From Barthelona sp. PCE (taxonomy: Eukaryota), in assembly GCA_040285745.1 (NCBI GenBank), contig JAUFOR010000002.1, positions 310,001 through 374,000 of the forward strand: a DNA stretch of 64,000 bases. Direction: 5' to 3'. The position numbers and the translations under genes are program-made. Within the stretch, counting starts at the first letter, position 1. Each line of letters opens with the position of its first letter. The notes below the pieces were generated by a model. The model searched no databases and was not told where the DNA came from. It saw only the letters and a list, made by a program, of their open reading frames with translations. Positions 49,388-59,457 of the stretch are shown one piece after another.

Positions 49388-49858
49388 ATGACTACTGAGG
49401 AGAACCACATGGAGCTTTTTAATGATCCTAATTTCGATCTAGAGAAGTATCTTTTCTCAAATGAAAGTCTTAATCTTCAAGAATTGGAGAAATTGAAGGC
49501 TGAAATCGAAACCCCAATTCTGTCCATCGTCAAGGACCACACACAAGATCTTTTAGATCAGCAAGACTTACTTTTTTCACTCAATGATCTTCTACTGAAC
49601 TCGGAAAGTATTCTACTGAAGGCTAAGGAGAATGTAGATGATGTATTAAACGAGATGGAGGAGCCTTTGCATCAGTTAGACACATATATTGCAAGCTTAG
49701 AAAATTTGAGCAACTATACAGATATTTTGAAGGCATTCACACGATTTGTTCGGCTTCAAAGGCGGCATGGTATGACGCAGCAACTACAACAAGAGCGAAA
49801 TATTCTTATAAAACAATATCCAGTACTTGGTGTTGTACTTCAATCAATGAACATATAA
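49388..49858 (+). CDS. COG5 N-terminal-domain-like protein, short
   Basis: FNDPNFDLEKY...IVKDHTQDLLDQ...EEPLHQL...DILKAFTRFVRLQRR parallels the COG5 N-terminal coiled coil. Confidence 0.6.
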   Translation: MTTEENHMELFNDPNFDLEKYLFSNESLNLQELEKLKAEIETPILSIVKDHTQDLLDQQDLLFSLNDLLLNSESILLKAKENVDDVLNEMEEPLHQLDTYIASLENLSNYTDILKAFTRFVRLQRRHGMTQQLQQERNILIKQYPVLGVVLQSMNI

Positions 49859-50253
49859 CGTTATTTATGAATGTCTATCAGCTTTAAAGTTTATTATGTT
49901 AGTGTTGTTGCATTTTTAACGTCATTTGGTTTGGAATTGAGCAATTTGAAATGTGATTTCACATCATAATAGATTAGTTCAACAATGTAAATACTTTACG
50001 TAAATTTTTTGGGGTGGAAGAGATAAACATATAAAGAATAGCCTTCATGAGTGGCAGTTGTTCAATCTGAAAATTTTTTTTTCCAACACTCTAGAGTGGT
50101 TTGACTATAGTGAACTTATTCGTTATTTGTTAGGTCAATTCGGCTCTTCTCCACACATAAACCTCCTCATACATTACAGTTAGGAGAATAACCTGTATGT
50201 TGTTATTTTACCCATTTTCCTTTTCTCTTATCATTATTTAACATATTTATTCA

Positions 50254-51699
50254 ATGAACGGGCACGCATGGTTTATTTTAACTTCAGTAGTTAGCGTTGG
50301 AGTCGTTGTTGGCGCATGCATTGTTGATCTTTTCTATAACAAGAGGGTTGTGTATCCTCGTGCTTACACAGTCACTAGATTCAAGACATGGCTTCTCATG
50401 GGTCTGAGTTATGCACTTCTTTTCTTTGGCCGTTATAACTTTGCAGCTATTAATTCGGATGTTTGTCTTAATGACTTAAAAGTAACGCCGCATCAATTCG
50501 GGTACATTGCAACCGCAGGACTGTGGTGTTACGCCATCTCTATCCTTGTTAACGGTGCTGTTTGTGACAACATTGGTAGCAAACCGAGTATGGTTATTGG
50601 AACACTCGGTTCTTCATTGTGCAACGGTTTGTTCTACTACCTGTTCACCACCAAGATTGCATGGATCCAGGTTAACTTCTGGGCGGTGTTAGTCCTCAAT
50701 GGTTTAAACAACTACTTCCAATCATTTGGATCGTTGGCTATTGTCAAGGTTGGTTCTATTTGGTATCATCAAAAAGAGAGAGGTTTATTTGGTGGAATTT
50801 TTGGGTGTATTGTTGGCTTTGGATTCTTCCTTGCACTTTCCTTAAATCAGTTCATTGCTTCATTTGATATGATGCATAACTGGCCGCAAACCTTCATGTA
50901 TCCTTCAATTGCCCTTATTATCATATGTGCAATCAATGCCTTGTTCCTCAAACCCCGCCCTGTTGACGCTGGATTCGAACCCATTCCTGGTACGGTTGAA
51001 AAAAAGTCGGATGCTGGATTTTTCGACGCTGCCAGATTCATCTTCAAGAAGCCCATCTTCTATGTCTTTATCTTTGTCGAAATCACACTGGGATGGTGCC
51101 GTGATGGTATCATATACTGGTACTCACACTGGTTGGAGAACCTTGAAGAGAACATGGTTGGTAGTGAAGGAGCTTCTTTCCTTGCATCATTCTTGGTCAC
51201 AATGGGTGGCATGTTCGGCTCCCTTCTCAGTGGTATAGTTTCTGATTTGGTGTTCAATAGCCGTCGTCAACCCGTCGCATTCATCGGAATGATTGGTTAC
51301 CTGATCAACCTTGTATTTATGTATTGGGCAAACGCTGTGTTGAACCCTTGGACGGGTGCTATTGCTGTTGGTCTGGCTTCTTTCTTCTTCAGTAGTGTTC
51401 ATGGTATTGTTACCTCAACTTGCGCTATGGATTTCTCAACAACAGCTAGTGTCGGTGTTGCTGTAGGCCTTTTAGATGGAACGCAAAAGTTCGGTTCTGG
51501 TCTACAAGGTCTATTTTTGGGTGGTGTTATTGGAAATGATAAAACTGGTTATCATTATGACCACTGGATATTTGCTCTTGCTCCTTCTGCCCTTATCTGT
51601 GCCGTGCTCTTGCTCTCAATCATCAACAAAAAGGCTCCTGAGCAGAAGGACAAGGAGGATGAGCCTCTTATGCTCACTGTCGAGGAAGATGATGAATAG
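50254..51699 (+). CDS. MFS transporter, organophosphate:Pi antiporter (GlpT/UhpC/SLC37)-like
   Basis: YALLFFGRYNF, NGAVCDNIG, WYHQKERGLFGG, SDLVFNSRRQP, GVAVGLLDG. Confidence 0.8.
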   Translation: MNGHAWFILTSVVSVGVVVGACIVDLFYNKRVVYPRAYTVTRFKTWLLMGLSYALLFFGRYNFAAINSDVCLNDLKVTPHQFGYIATAGLWCYAISILVNGAVCDNIGSKPSMVIGTLGSSLCNGLFYYLFTTKIAWIQVNFWAVLVLNGLNNYFQSFGSLAIVKVGSIWYHQKERGLFGGIFGCIVGFGFFLALSLNQFIASFDMMHNWPQTFMYPSIALIIICAINALFLKPRPVDAGFEPIPGTVEKKSDAGFFDAARFIFKKPIFYVFIFVEITLGWCRDGIIYWYSHWLENLEENMVGSEGASFLASFLVTMGGMFGSLLSGIVSDLVFNSRRQPVAFIGMIGYLINLVFMYWANAVLNPWTGAIAVGLASFFFSSVHGIVTSTCAMDFSTTASVGVAVGLLDGTQKFGSGLQGLFLGGVIGNDKTGYHYDHWIFALAPSALICAVLLLSIINKKAPEQKDKEDEPLMLTVEEDDE

Positions 51700-51967
51700 C
51701 AATCGCAATAGTAAACGTTTAGTTTGTATTGGACAGTTGTGTGCCCATATCATTGAACAAATGGCTATTTTAAAGCTGTAATATGTCAAAAATTGAAGGA
51801 AATCAATCTTAATACCAATTGAATGTTTATGATATGGGAATTTAAGCCAGCTTTATTGTCTCAATGTTCCACAAAAATGCTAGTAGTTGGAGTGAAATAT
51901 GGAGAAGATCCCTACAACATGGCAATTAATCAACTCCTTTTTTTTTTACCCTTTTCTTTGCAAAACG

Positions 51968-54900
51968 ATGCAGTTTTCGCATCTCATTTTGTATTTATGT
52001 CTTTTTCATCGGCTCTGTTCAGTGTCAGCCTCCATAATCGATAGTAGTGAAACAAATTTCGTTTCACGAACATTGGGCGGTCAATTGGACATAAAATTCA
52101 CAGTTGCGGTCGACCCTGATACGTTCATGCTCAACAACGTACCCGTAAAATGCGACGAAATTGAAGATGTTTATGCATTTGAAATTCACTGCGACATCCC
52201 ACCGTTAAAACCTGGTGTCTTTGAAGCAGTCATAAATATTGAGGGCGAGGATGACGACCACGTTGAGCCGTTTACCTTATACTCCAAACCTGACACCACA
52301 CATATCAGTACAAACGGTAATGTTATACTGATCGTACCAATGAACTTTGACGAAGACAAGGACTCCATTTACATCCCGGTCTTCGATGTTTTCGACGAGG
52401 AGGAAATGATGCTTAAGGTTAACGGTGAACAGTGCTCACTCAAGCCTCATGTTAATGAAATTCGCTCATTCACAATGAGTGAATGTGATACATATCTTGG
52501 TGACGTTATCATTGATATTGTATTTGACCTGTACTATAAAAACGGTAGCGGTTGGGCCAAGGTCAAACATCCAGTATTTTTTTCGAAACCTGTGAGAAGC
52601 GCTCCTGTTAATATATTGCATGATCAGAATGAATACCCTGATTATCTGCATCTCTATTTCGATAACCCCGTCACAAATGCGCTCCCTGACCTCAGTATTG
52701 AGTTAGATGGGATCGTTGCTAATTGGGAATCAGAAGACAATGAATTGTTTGATCACGACTTCTGCTCAACAGTCAATGAATTTCCTTCATTTTTTACGAT
52801 TTATTGTTACTTTAATCACACATTTAAGTTCCCAAAACCAGAGGGAGACTGTTATAATATGATCCACCGAGTCACCCCAACTTTCCACGTGGATATTAAT
52901 GTAAGCTACTGTACTCGCCGATATCCTATCTACACTGAACGAACCCCAAAAGTTGTTGCACTAATTCCTGGTGTCACCCGTACTTACAAATTCTACGGTG
53001 ATCTGTACGAGATGCTGTCGTATCCACATCTACGTCCAGATGATTATATTACCCGTCTGTCAGTCGTCAACGAAGACGAGATATACTCATTGAAAAGTGT
53101 TAGAGATGATGATGATCCAAATTTATTTTACTACGAAGTTGAAATGATGGATTGTGTATGGCAGATGTCTGTTGATAGAGGATATGAGGAGCTCCCAATC
53201 CAAATGTGGTGGGTAGTCGGCGAACTGCAAAAGAAGATTGACTACGACTGTGGAGTTCGGTTTGATATCTTCACACCCCCAATCATCATCGGCACAACAC
53301 CATCAAGTCTCCCGTTGACAGGTGGATCCCTTATTGTTAATCTAGATTACATTCCAACCAAATTGCTGGAAAAATATCCAATTTTTGAACCATACATTGC
53401 AATCGATGTTGCGTTCGATGCCAGTTCAAACAGAAGAGTGGCGAATGTTACAGCTGAAATTGTGTCTGACATATTCAGGAACGATCTCGTTATTACATTT
53501 CCAAACTTGGAAAGCTACATTACACATAAAGTAGCGTCTCTTAACGTCAAACTCACAGCAATCGTTGATAATAACGAGCGCTCAGGGCTTTTCTCGTTCT
53601 ATAACCTGTTTAAAGTTTTCGGTGATGCCAAGTTTGACCGTTGTTCACATACCACAGTCGGCACACTTGGTGGTGACACCATATATTGCTTCGGTCACTT
53701 CCCCTACGCATCTCTGACCGATGCCCGTGTCCAGGTCACAAGCGAGGAGGTGCACGACTCTTCCATCATTGTTAATGCAAAGGTTAACAGTGCTATGTCT
53801 GAAATCTCCTTCATCATGCCAGGATGGAACTTTTGCAGTCTGGGACCACTAAAAATCACTTACTCGCCCAATAGTGTGATGTTCATGCCACTCATTGATT
53901 CACCACATGCAGGTAATCTTACAGTTGTTGAAACCGAATTCGTCTACGTCAAGGACTCTGACCCAAGTCTCATGAAGCACCCGTGCATCCAGTCGAAGAA
54001 GACCATGACTTTTGAGGTTATTAACACAAATAGTCTGCTTAACAATAATTTAGGTATTACACTTGATAACTTCATGGATTACCAACCAGAGATCTGCTTC
54101 AGAGATGAAAGCCGCATTCTTAGGTACAATGTCACCATCAACGAGGCAAGCGCGAGGGCAAGCGATCTGAAAACGTTTGATGCCACTGTTAATTTAGAAG
54201 AAATGTGTGCTAATATGGAAGATATTGAGTCCGTTAACGTATGGGTATGGCTACGCAAGATCACATCTCTCCTCAACTATAATACTGCACCTGTCATCTT
54301 CATAAGAAAAGATTTCTCCTTTGATTCGCTCTGCGTTACTGAGTCATATCTCTTTGGTTCTATTCCTAATTGTATCATTGGAAGCGGTTTTGCGCCGCTG
54401 ATGCATCTCAAAGACGATAGCAGAGCGCATCTAGTTGTTTTGCAGGAAGATGAAGATGAAAAAATAATTTTCAATGCAGTTTTCATTTCTTTCATTAATG
54501 ACACGTATGGCGAGTTCATTACACCCGCGTTTGAGTGGACAGGGCGTGCAGATGTAATGATATCTGTCAGGAACGATGATGCCATCGACACTTTTCTAGA
54601 TATAATGTACAAATCATGTGAGCTTGGTTACTTCCAGGAAAGTTACTCTCATGAGTGCCACCCATGCCCCGTCGGCAAGTACTGCCCATCTCACTCAGCC
54701 GAGCCAATATTGTGTGAGCAAAATACATATTCCGATCAACCAGCAATGTCTGAGTGTCTAAAGTGTCCTGATAATTCAATATCGGGGGAGGGAAGTGATC
54801 GCATTGAGGATTGTGAGTGTGTCCATGGTTACTTTGGTAATAGCACAGTTGGTTGCCATGAATGTGATTTGGATTCAAGCACATGTAACTTTAGGGATAA

Positions 54901-56401
54901 TACGTATCCAAAGGCTCTACCTGGTTACTGGAATGACATCCACAACGACCCTGGAACGATGTACCGCTGTCTCAACGAGGGATGTCTCGGTGCCCAACTC
55001 ACTTCATCCAATCCGTATCTGGCGCAGTGTGAAGAAGGGTTTGATAACACATCTCTTGCCTGCTCCAGCTGTGCCCGAGGGTACTATAAAAAGGGTGAGT
55101 CGTGTGAAGAATGCAGTGGGACAAGTTGGATCATCACCAGTATTCTAGCTTGCGGAATCATTGCTTTTATATACTTCCTTGTTTCTGTGCAGGGTACATT
55201 GACGGATTACACAGACGACGCAATGGATGCGTGGGAGAACATCGATTTATCAATCATTAAGTCCGCATTCAGATCAGGACTGAACAAAATCATTCAATTC
55301 ATGAAGAAATTTGACTGGTCCTCTGTTGCTATATTTCTGAATTACATGCAGATAACGACACTGCTTAAAGATTTTAGGTTGGAGTGGCCAGACTTCATGA
55401 AAAGTATTTTTTCCTGGTTCAGAAGCTTTAGTTTTAATGTTGACGTGAGTGGATTAAGTGTACAGTGTTCAAAACCTCTTACTACATACAATTTCTTTGT
55501 TTTAAAGATGCTAACTCCTGTTTTCTTCCTTTTCCTTTTGATATTCGTGGTGATATGCACCTGGATATGGTCAAAGGTACGAGGTAACCAGTTTTCGTTA
55601 TGGGAAATGATCCAAAAGTGTCTTAGCGTGTCTGTCCTCGCAGCCTATTACGGCTATACGTTTTTAGCTGACGGAACGCTGGGATTCTTTAACTGCACAC
55701 AGCAACCGCACAGTTTTGTGATGACCTCAAACCCCGATACATTGTGTTACGATGACGAGTGGTTTTCCTATCGCAAGTTGGCTTTTGGAGGAATTATTGT
55801 TTATGTTGTAGGAATCCCAGCATTTCTGTTTTATCAAATATTCAAAGCGTCAAGAAAGAGAGAATTGGATAGTCCATTCTTTAAACTCTATTTTTCCAGT
55901 ATTACAGAAGATTTTGAAGAAGATTATGTGTTTTACACTTCAGTTATTATGATAAGAAAGATTTGCTTGGTTCTATGTACCTTTATTGGAAGAACAGATA
56001 TAGAAAATGCTCTTTATAGTGTTCTCTTCATCACAATTTTCCTATCACTGCAGATCCGATGGATGCCCTACGATGATCTATTAAATGATATTTTAGACAC
56101 CATGACACTTGTTACTGTCTTTATTTCGCAACTTGATGGTATTGTTCTTAGTTTCAACGATGATAAAGCATTGAGCCAATCTATAAAAGATGTGTTCAAT
56201 ACGCTCAATGGTGTTATGCTCATTGCTAATCTTCTATTTTTCTTGTTCGTCATCCGTGTACAGGTTAAGAAGCTATCAAAGCAAAAGAAGGAGAAAAAGG
56301 AAGCAGCAAAAACAAAGCTGAAACTGGAAGACATGGATATCCCTTTGCTACACATTAAGGACAATCTTCCACATGAGGCCATTGATGAATCTATTCTTTG
56401 A
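51968..56401 (+). CDS. Large multipass receptor-like protein (signal peptide, IPT/TIG-like domains, Cys-rich region, about 7-8 TM)
   Basis: TPSSLPLTGGS and TVGTLGGDTI IPT-like motifs; CHPCPVGKYC / CLKCPDNS repeats; IFLNYMQI...WP, C...W...YVVGIP TM module. Confidence 0.8.
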   Translation: MQFSHLILYLCLFHRLCSVSASIIDSSETNFVSRTLGGQLDIKFTVAVDPDTFMLNNVPVKCDEIEDVYAFEIHCDIPPLKPGVFEAVINIEGEDDDHVEPFTLYSKPDTTHISTNGNVILIVPMNFDEDKDSIYIPVFDVFDEEEMMLKVNGEQCSLKPHVNEIRSFTMSECDTYLGDVIIDIVFDLYYKNGSGWAKVKHPVFFSKPVRSAPVNILHDQNEYPDYLHLYFDNPVTNALPDLSIELDGIVANWESEDNELFDHDFCSTVNEFPSFFTIYCYFNHTFKFPKPEGDCYNMIHRVTPTFHVDINVSYCTRRYPIYTERTPKVVALIPGVTRTYKFYGDLYEMLSYPHLRPDDYITRLSVVNEDEIYSLKSVRDDDDPNLFYYEVEMMDCVWQMSVDRGYEELPIQMWWVVGELQKKIDYDCGVRFDIFTPPIIIGTTPSSLPLTGGSLIVNLDYIPTKLLEKYPIFEPYIAIDVAFDASSNRRVANVTAEIVSDIFRNDLVITFPNLESYITHKVASLNVKLTAIVDNNERSGLFSFYNLFKVFGDAKFDRCSHTTVGTLGGDTIYCFGHFPYASLTDARVQVTSEEVHDSSIIVNAKVNSAMSEISFIMPGWNFCSLGPLKITYSPNSVMFMPLIDSPHAGNLTVVETEFVYVKDSDPSLMKHPCIQSKKTMTFEVINTNSLLNNNLGITLDNFMDYQPEICFRDESRILRYNVTINEASARASDLKTFDATVNLEEMCANMEDIESVNVWVWLRKITSLLNYNTAPVIFIRKDFSFDSLCVTESYLFGSIPNCIIGSGFAPLMHLKDDSRAHLVVLQEDEDEKIIFNAVFISFINDTYGEFITPAFEWTGRADVMISVRNDDAIDTFLDIMYKSCELGYFQESYSHECHPCPVGKYCPSHSAEPILCEQNTYSDQPAMSECLKCPDNSISGEGSDRIEDCECVHGYFGNSTVGCHECDLDSSTCNFRDNTYPKALPGYWNDIHNDPGTMYRCLNEGCLGAQLTSSNPYLAQCEEGFDNTSLACSSCARGYYKKGESCEECSGTSWIITSILACGIIAFIYFLVSVQGTLTDYTDDAMDAWENIDLSIIKSAFRSGLNKIIQFMKKFDWSSVAIFLNYMQITTLLKDFRLEWPDFMKSIFSWFRSFSFNVDVSGLSVQCSKPLTTYNFFVLKMLTPVFFLFLLIFVVICTWIWSKVRGNQFSLWEMIQKCLSVSVLAAYYGYTFLADGTLGFFNCTQQPHSFVMTSNPDTLCYDDEWFSYRKLAFGGIIVYVVGIPAFLFYQIFKASRKRELDSPFFKLYFSSITEDFEEDYVFYTSVIMIRKICLVLCTFIGRTDIENALYSVLFITIFLSLQIRWMPYDDLLNDILDTMTLVTVFISQLDGIVLSFNDDKALSQSIKDVFNTLNGVMLIANLLFFLFVIRVQVKKLSKQKKEKKEAAKTKLKLEDMDIPLLHIKDNLPHEAIDESIL

Positions 56402-57902
56402 GAGCATCAGGTATCTTGAATTTCTCTGAGGGTTCATCAACTTCATAAACACGCGAGACCAACTGGTCTGTGAATAAATTTGCATTCTCATCGTTTTCAA
56501 ATACTCTGATAGCTGAAAGCGCCTTCTCGAAACCAGCGTCTATGTTTAACTCGTGGTCATCCGGGACAATCACTGATTCAGGAACTGTGGAACCGCATGT
56601 GAAAGTAACGTAATCATATACACATGCATATGATGGCATTAATCCACTAATGAACTCGAGATATGTCTCAACCGTGGAACGTGCACCGACAAATGTGTAC
56701 TTGAAGAACCCGCCAGGAACAGAACGATTGCGGTCTGACTCCACCAAAAAAAGATCAAGGTCTGACGATGAACCTAAAATGACTGGGTGGGTGGAGCTGT
56801 CAGCAAATATGTTCTCCCTGGAGATGATAATGCCTACGCTGAATTGATACTCGTACTGGGAATCAGCGCAATACGAAGGACTAACAAAGAGTGAATTTGT
56901 GTGAATCCTCTTGTTAGCGTTGAAGTGTACATCGAACCCGTTCTCCTTTGTCTCAACAAAGACAGGTGGAGTCATCCAGTTTAGAGCACCGTGAAACGAG
57001 CAGAATCTCTGTGAAATTGCCTGAACAATGTCATTCGATGAATACCTGGGGTAGATATGCACAAATTCGTTCTTACCGCGCAATACGCCCGCCTTTCGCA
57101 CACCAGTGAGCACTTCACCTGTTGACACAGGTCTCTGAGAGCAAACAGAGTTGGAAAATGACTGTAGTGCATCGGCCATCTTCGCTGACACTTTCCCATC
57201 TGAAACAAGTTGTGTGAACGGCGTCTCATCCTGCAACATGGGGGAATCTTGATTTGCAATACTCTGAACTATCCTTCCCAATTCTCTTTTATCACGAAGA
57301 GTCAATGATTTCATTCTAAAAAGCTCCGTACGATCGGAAGGTATAGACACAAGCTCGGGCGAGCCAGTGCATATTCTGAGGCAGTAGAATGGAGAGTGGA
57401 GACTGAACTTAATAACGTGTCTAAAGAAATTAGCGTTGGCGAAACGATAATATCTTGATGCATAAGTGCATAAAAGAGGGTATGTTGTAAAGTGCCACCT
57501 ATTGGGGCCCTTGGGTTCCAGTATTTGCTCCTTTTCTTCAGGTGAAACGTTTTCAAAAAGGGATTCAGCGATGATTGAAAAATTTTTAATTGGATTCTTT
57601 GGGAGTTTTGTTAAGTAAAACCCAGATAACCCATCAAAATCTGACATTTCTCCAGGTTTATACTGCTGGAACTCCCTTGGAAGCTCATCAGGCAATTCAT
57701 TACAAATAAATTCCTCGCTGTTAAGGTGGTTTCCCAAATGATTCAGCGAAAAGTGCTGATTTAGACCACCTCTGTTGCATGTACATGTCTGCAAAACACT
57801 CATGTGACGAACCTGAAGTGCTAATGAAAGCAAACTCTGTGTAAGATCATCTCCAATAACAATAGACTCATAACTATCCTTATAAACGGAATCATCACTC
57901 AT
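56391..57902 (-). CDS. Rab escort protein / GDI family, divergent
   Basis: YESIVIGDDLTQSLLSLAL, IPSDRTELFRMKSLTLRDKR, IYPRYSSNDIVQA parallel REP/Mrs6 motifs. Confidence 0.75.
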   Translation of the reverse strand: MSDDSVYKDSYESIVIGDDLTQSLLSLALQVRHMSVLQTCTCNRGGLNQHFSLNHLGNHLNSEEFICNELPDELPREFQQYKPGEMSDFDGLSGFYLTKLPKNPIKNFSIIAESLFENVSPEEKEQILEPKGPNRWHFTTYPLLCTYASRYYRFANANFFRHVIKFSLHSPFYCLRICTGSPELVSIPSDRTELFRMKSLTLRDKRELGRIVQSIANQDSPMLQDETPFTQLVSDGKVSAKMADALQSFSNSVCSQRPVSTGEVLTGVRKAGVLRGKNEFVHIYPRYSSNDIVQAISQRFCSFHGALNWMTPPVFVETKENGFDVHFNANKRIHTNSLFVSPSYCADSQYEYQFSVGIIISRENIFADSSTHPVILGSSSDLDLFLVESDRNRSVPGGFFKYTFVGARSTVETYLEFISGLMPSYACVYDYVTFTCGSTVPESVIVPDDHELNIDAGFEKALSAIRVFENDENANLFTDQLVSRVYEVDEPSEKFKIPDALKE

Positions 57903-57956
57903 TGCAAATCAAAACAAAGCCCAATTTTAGTAAGGGAAAAAAAACAAAATGTGGTT

Positions 57957-58804
57957 TTACAAAAGGTCACAACAGCCACCGCTGCCACCTTCCTCATCAG
58001 AGTAGTTTCTCATTTCACGAACAACCTGTGAGAAAGCCTGCTCGACGTTCTTATTGGTCTTTGCAGAAGTTTCAATAAAGGGAATCTTGTTCTCTCTGGC
58101 CCATGCCCGAGCTTCGTTAGGGAGCACAGCCCACTTCTCGACGGCAAGATCCACCTTGTTTGCAGCAAGGACAACAGGAACGTGATCCATGTTGAACTTA
58201 ACAGATCTGATGTGATGGAAAAGGTTCTTTGCATCGTTCCAAGAAGCCTTAGAATCAACAGCGTACACGAGGAGGAAACCATCTCCCTCTGCCATGTAAG
58301 TGTCACGAAGTGAAGCAAAAGATTCTTGACCAGCAGAATCAACAAGCTCTAAAGCTTGAGCAGAACTGTCAACAATCATCTCATGCTTGTAGGTGTCACC
58401 GATTGTGGGATCGTATTCTTCAACGAATTCACCACTAATGAGCTGCAGAGTTAATGCGGACTTACCAACCTAAACGTTAGATATTCTTTCAATTAAAAAT
58501 GTGGATTGACAATAAAATGCCCTGTGATGTGTGTTCTGAATGCTGATTACACAATAATTATTTGCACAAACAAAAAAAAGCTGAAATACCTTCATTCTAG
58601 CTTATCCAAACAATATGTGCAAAAAAGTACGCTGAACACCGCCAAAATTGCATCACTTGCTGAAAAATCTGCAATTTTCTGAAATCTAAAGATTCAAATA
58701 AGAACAGCTTACACAAGCTAGCCTGACGTTCTATCGTCATACCAACGCTGATGAAAACATACGGAACCGCCACCAACAACGACAATCTTCTTCTCTTGCG
58801 ACAT
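57957..58804 (-). CDS. Ras-family small GTPase (exons 58804-58763 and 58469-57957, 184 aa)
   Basis: Spliced KIVVVGGGS|VGKSALT, YDPTIGDTY, DSAGQE, NKVD, ETSAK, C-terminal CCDLL CaaX. Confidence 0.95.
58470..58762 (-). other. Spliceosomal intron, 293 nt, phase 0, splitting the Ras P-loop
   Basis: GTATGT...CTAACGTTTAG; removal restores GxxxxGKS. Confidence 0.95.
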
Positions 58805-59457
58805 GATATGGTTTGAAATACAAAAAGCAAGATCTCAGCGAAATATACAAAAATCACTCATAACAAGGTTGGTTAATATACAGTTAAGGGCTGGGAAATA
58901 GATAAAAACGGACATAGCTTCACATTATTAGGATACCAAAAAAATCATCTCAAACCTCCAAATTCTGCACGAATATTGCTTTTATCCGATCATTAATCAT
59001 TTTTATTACCAATATTGTAAGGAACAAACAAACGCAAACACTTATAAGCGAACCTGCGAATTTTACTTTTTTCCACTGATGTTAGTAAGACCCTTTTGCC
59101 TGTTAGAGTAATTAGCTAATATATTTTTAACACAATTTAGCTTTTTGTACCTTCTATCTTATCCAACAACAGAATACAACAGAAAAACTACATATATCAA
59201 TATTCAAGCCATTTTACAATATATTCGACTGTTTATGAACATTAATCATTAAAAATAAGTTGAAAACACCATAATATGAGCAACAATTGAACAAAAAAAA
59301 AAAACTAACTAACCATCACTCAATGTATATCTAATTTCTCATGCTCTATTAAATATGTTCATGGGATTAATTCTGTTCATGCACAACAAACAACAAACAA
59401 ACAAAAAAGCCCATCACATTCGTTTATCCACCTTAACACTCAAATATCTCTTTGAAA

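Noticed and set aside
50195-50200. GTATGT upstream of the second MFS gene
   Set aside because: No matching fused branch/acceptor before the ATG and no upstream coding exon is needed.
58597-58857. 86-aa minus-strand ORF
   Set aside because: Overlaps Ras exon 1 in another frame and runs into the intron; non-ATG start.
59383-59408. CAAA/CAA-rich run and nearby poly(A) in the long spacer
   Set aside because: Simple low-complexity sequence; no terminal repeats, target duplication or transposon ORF seen.
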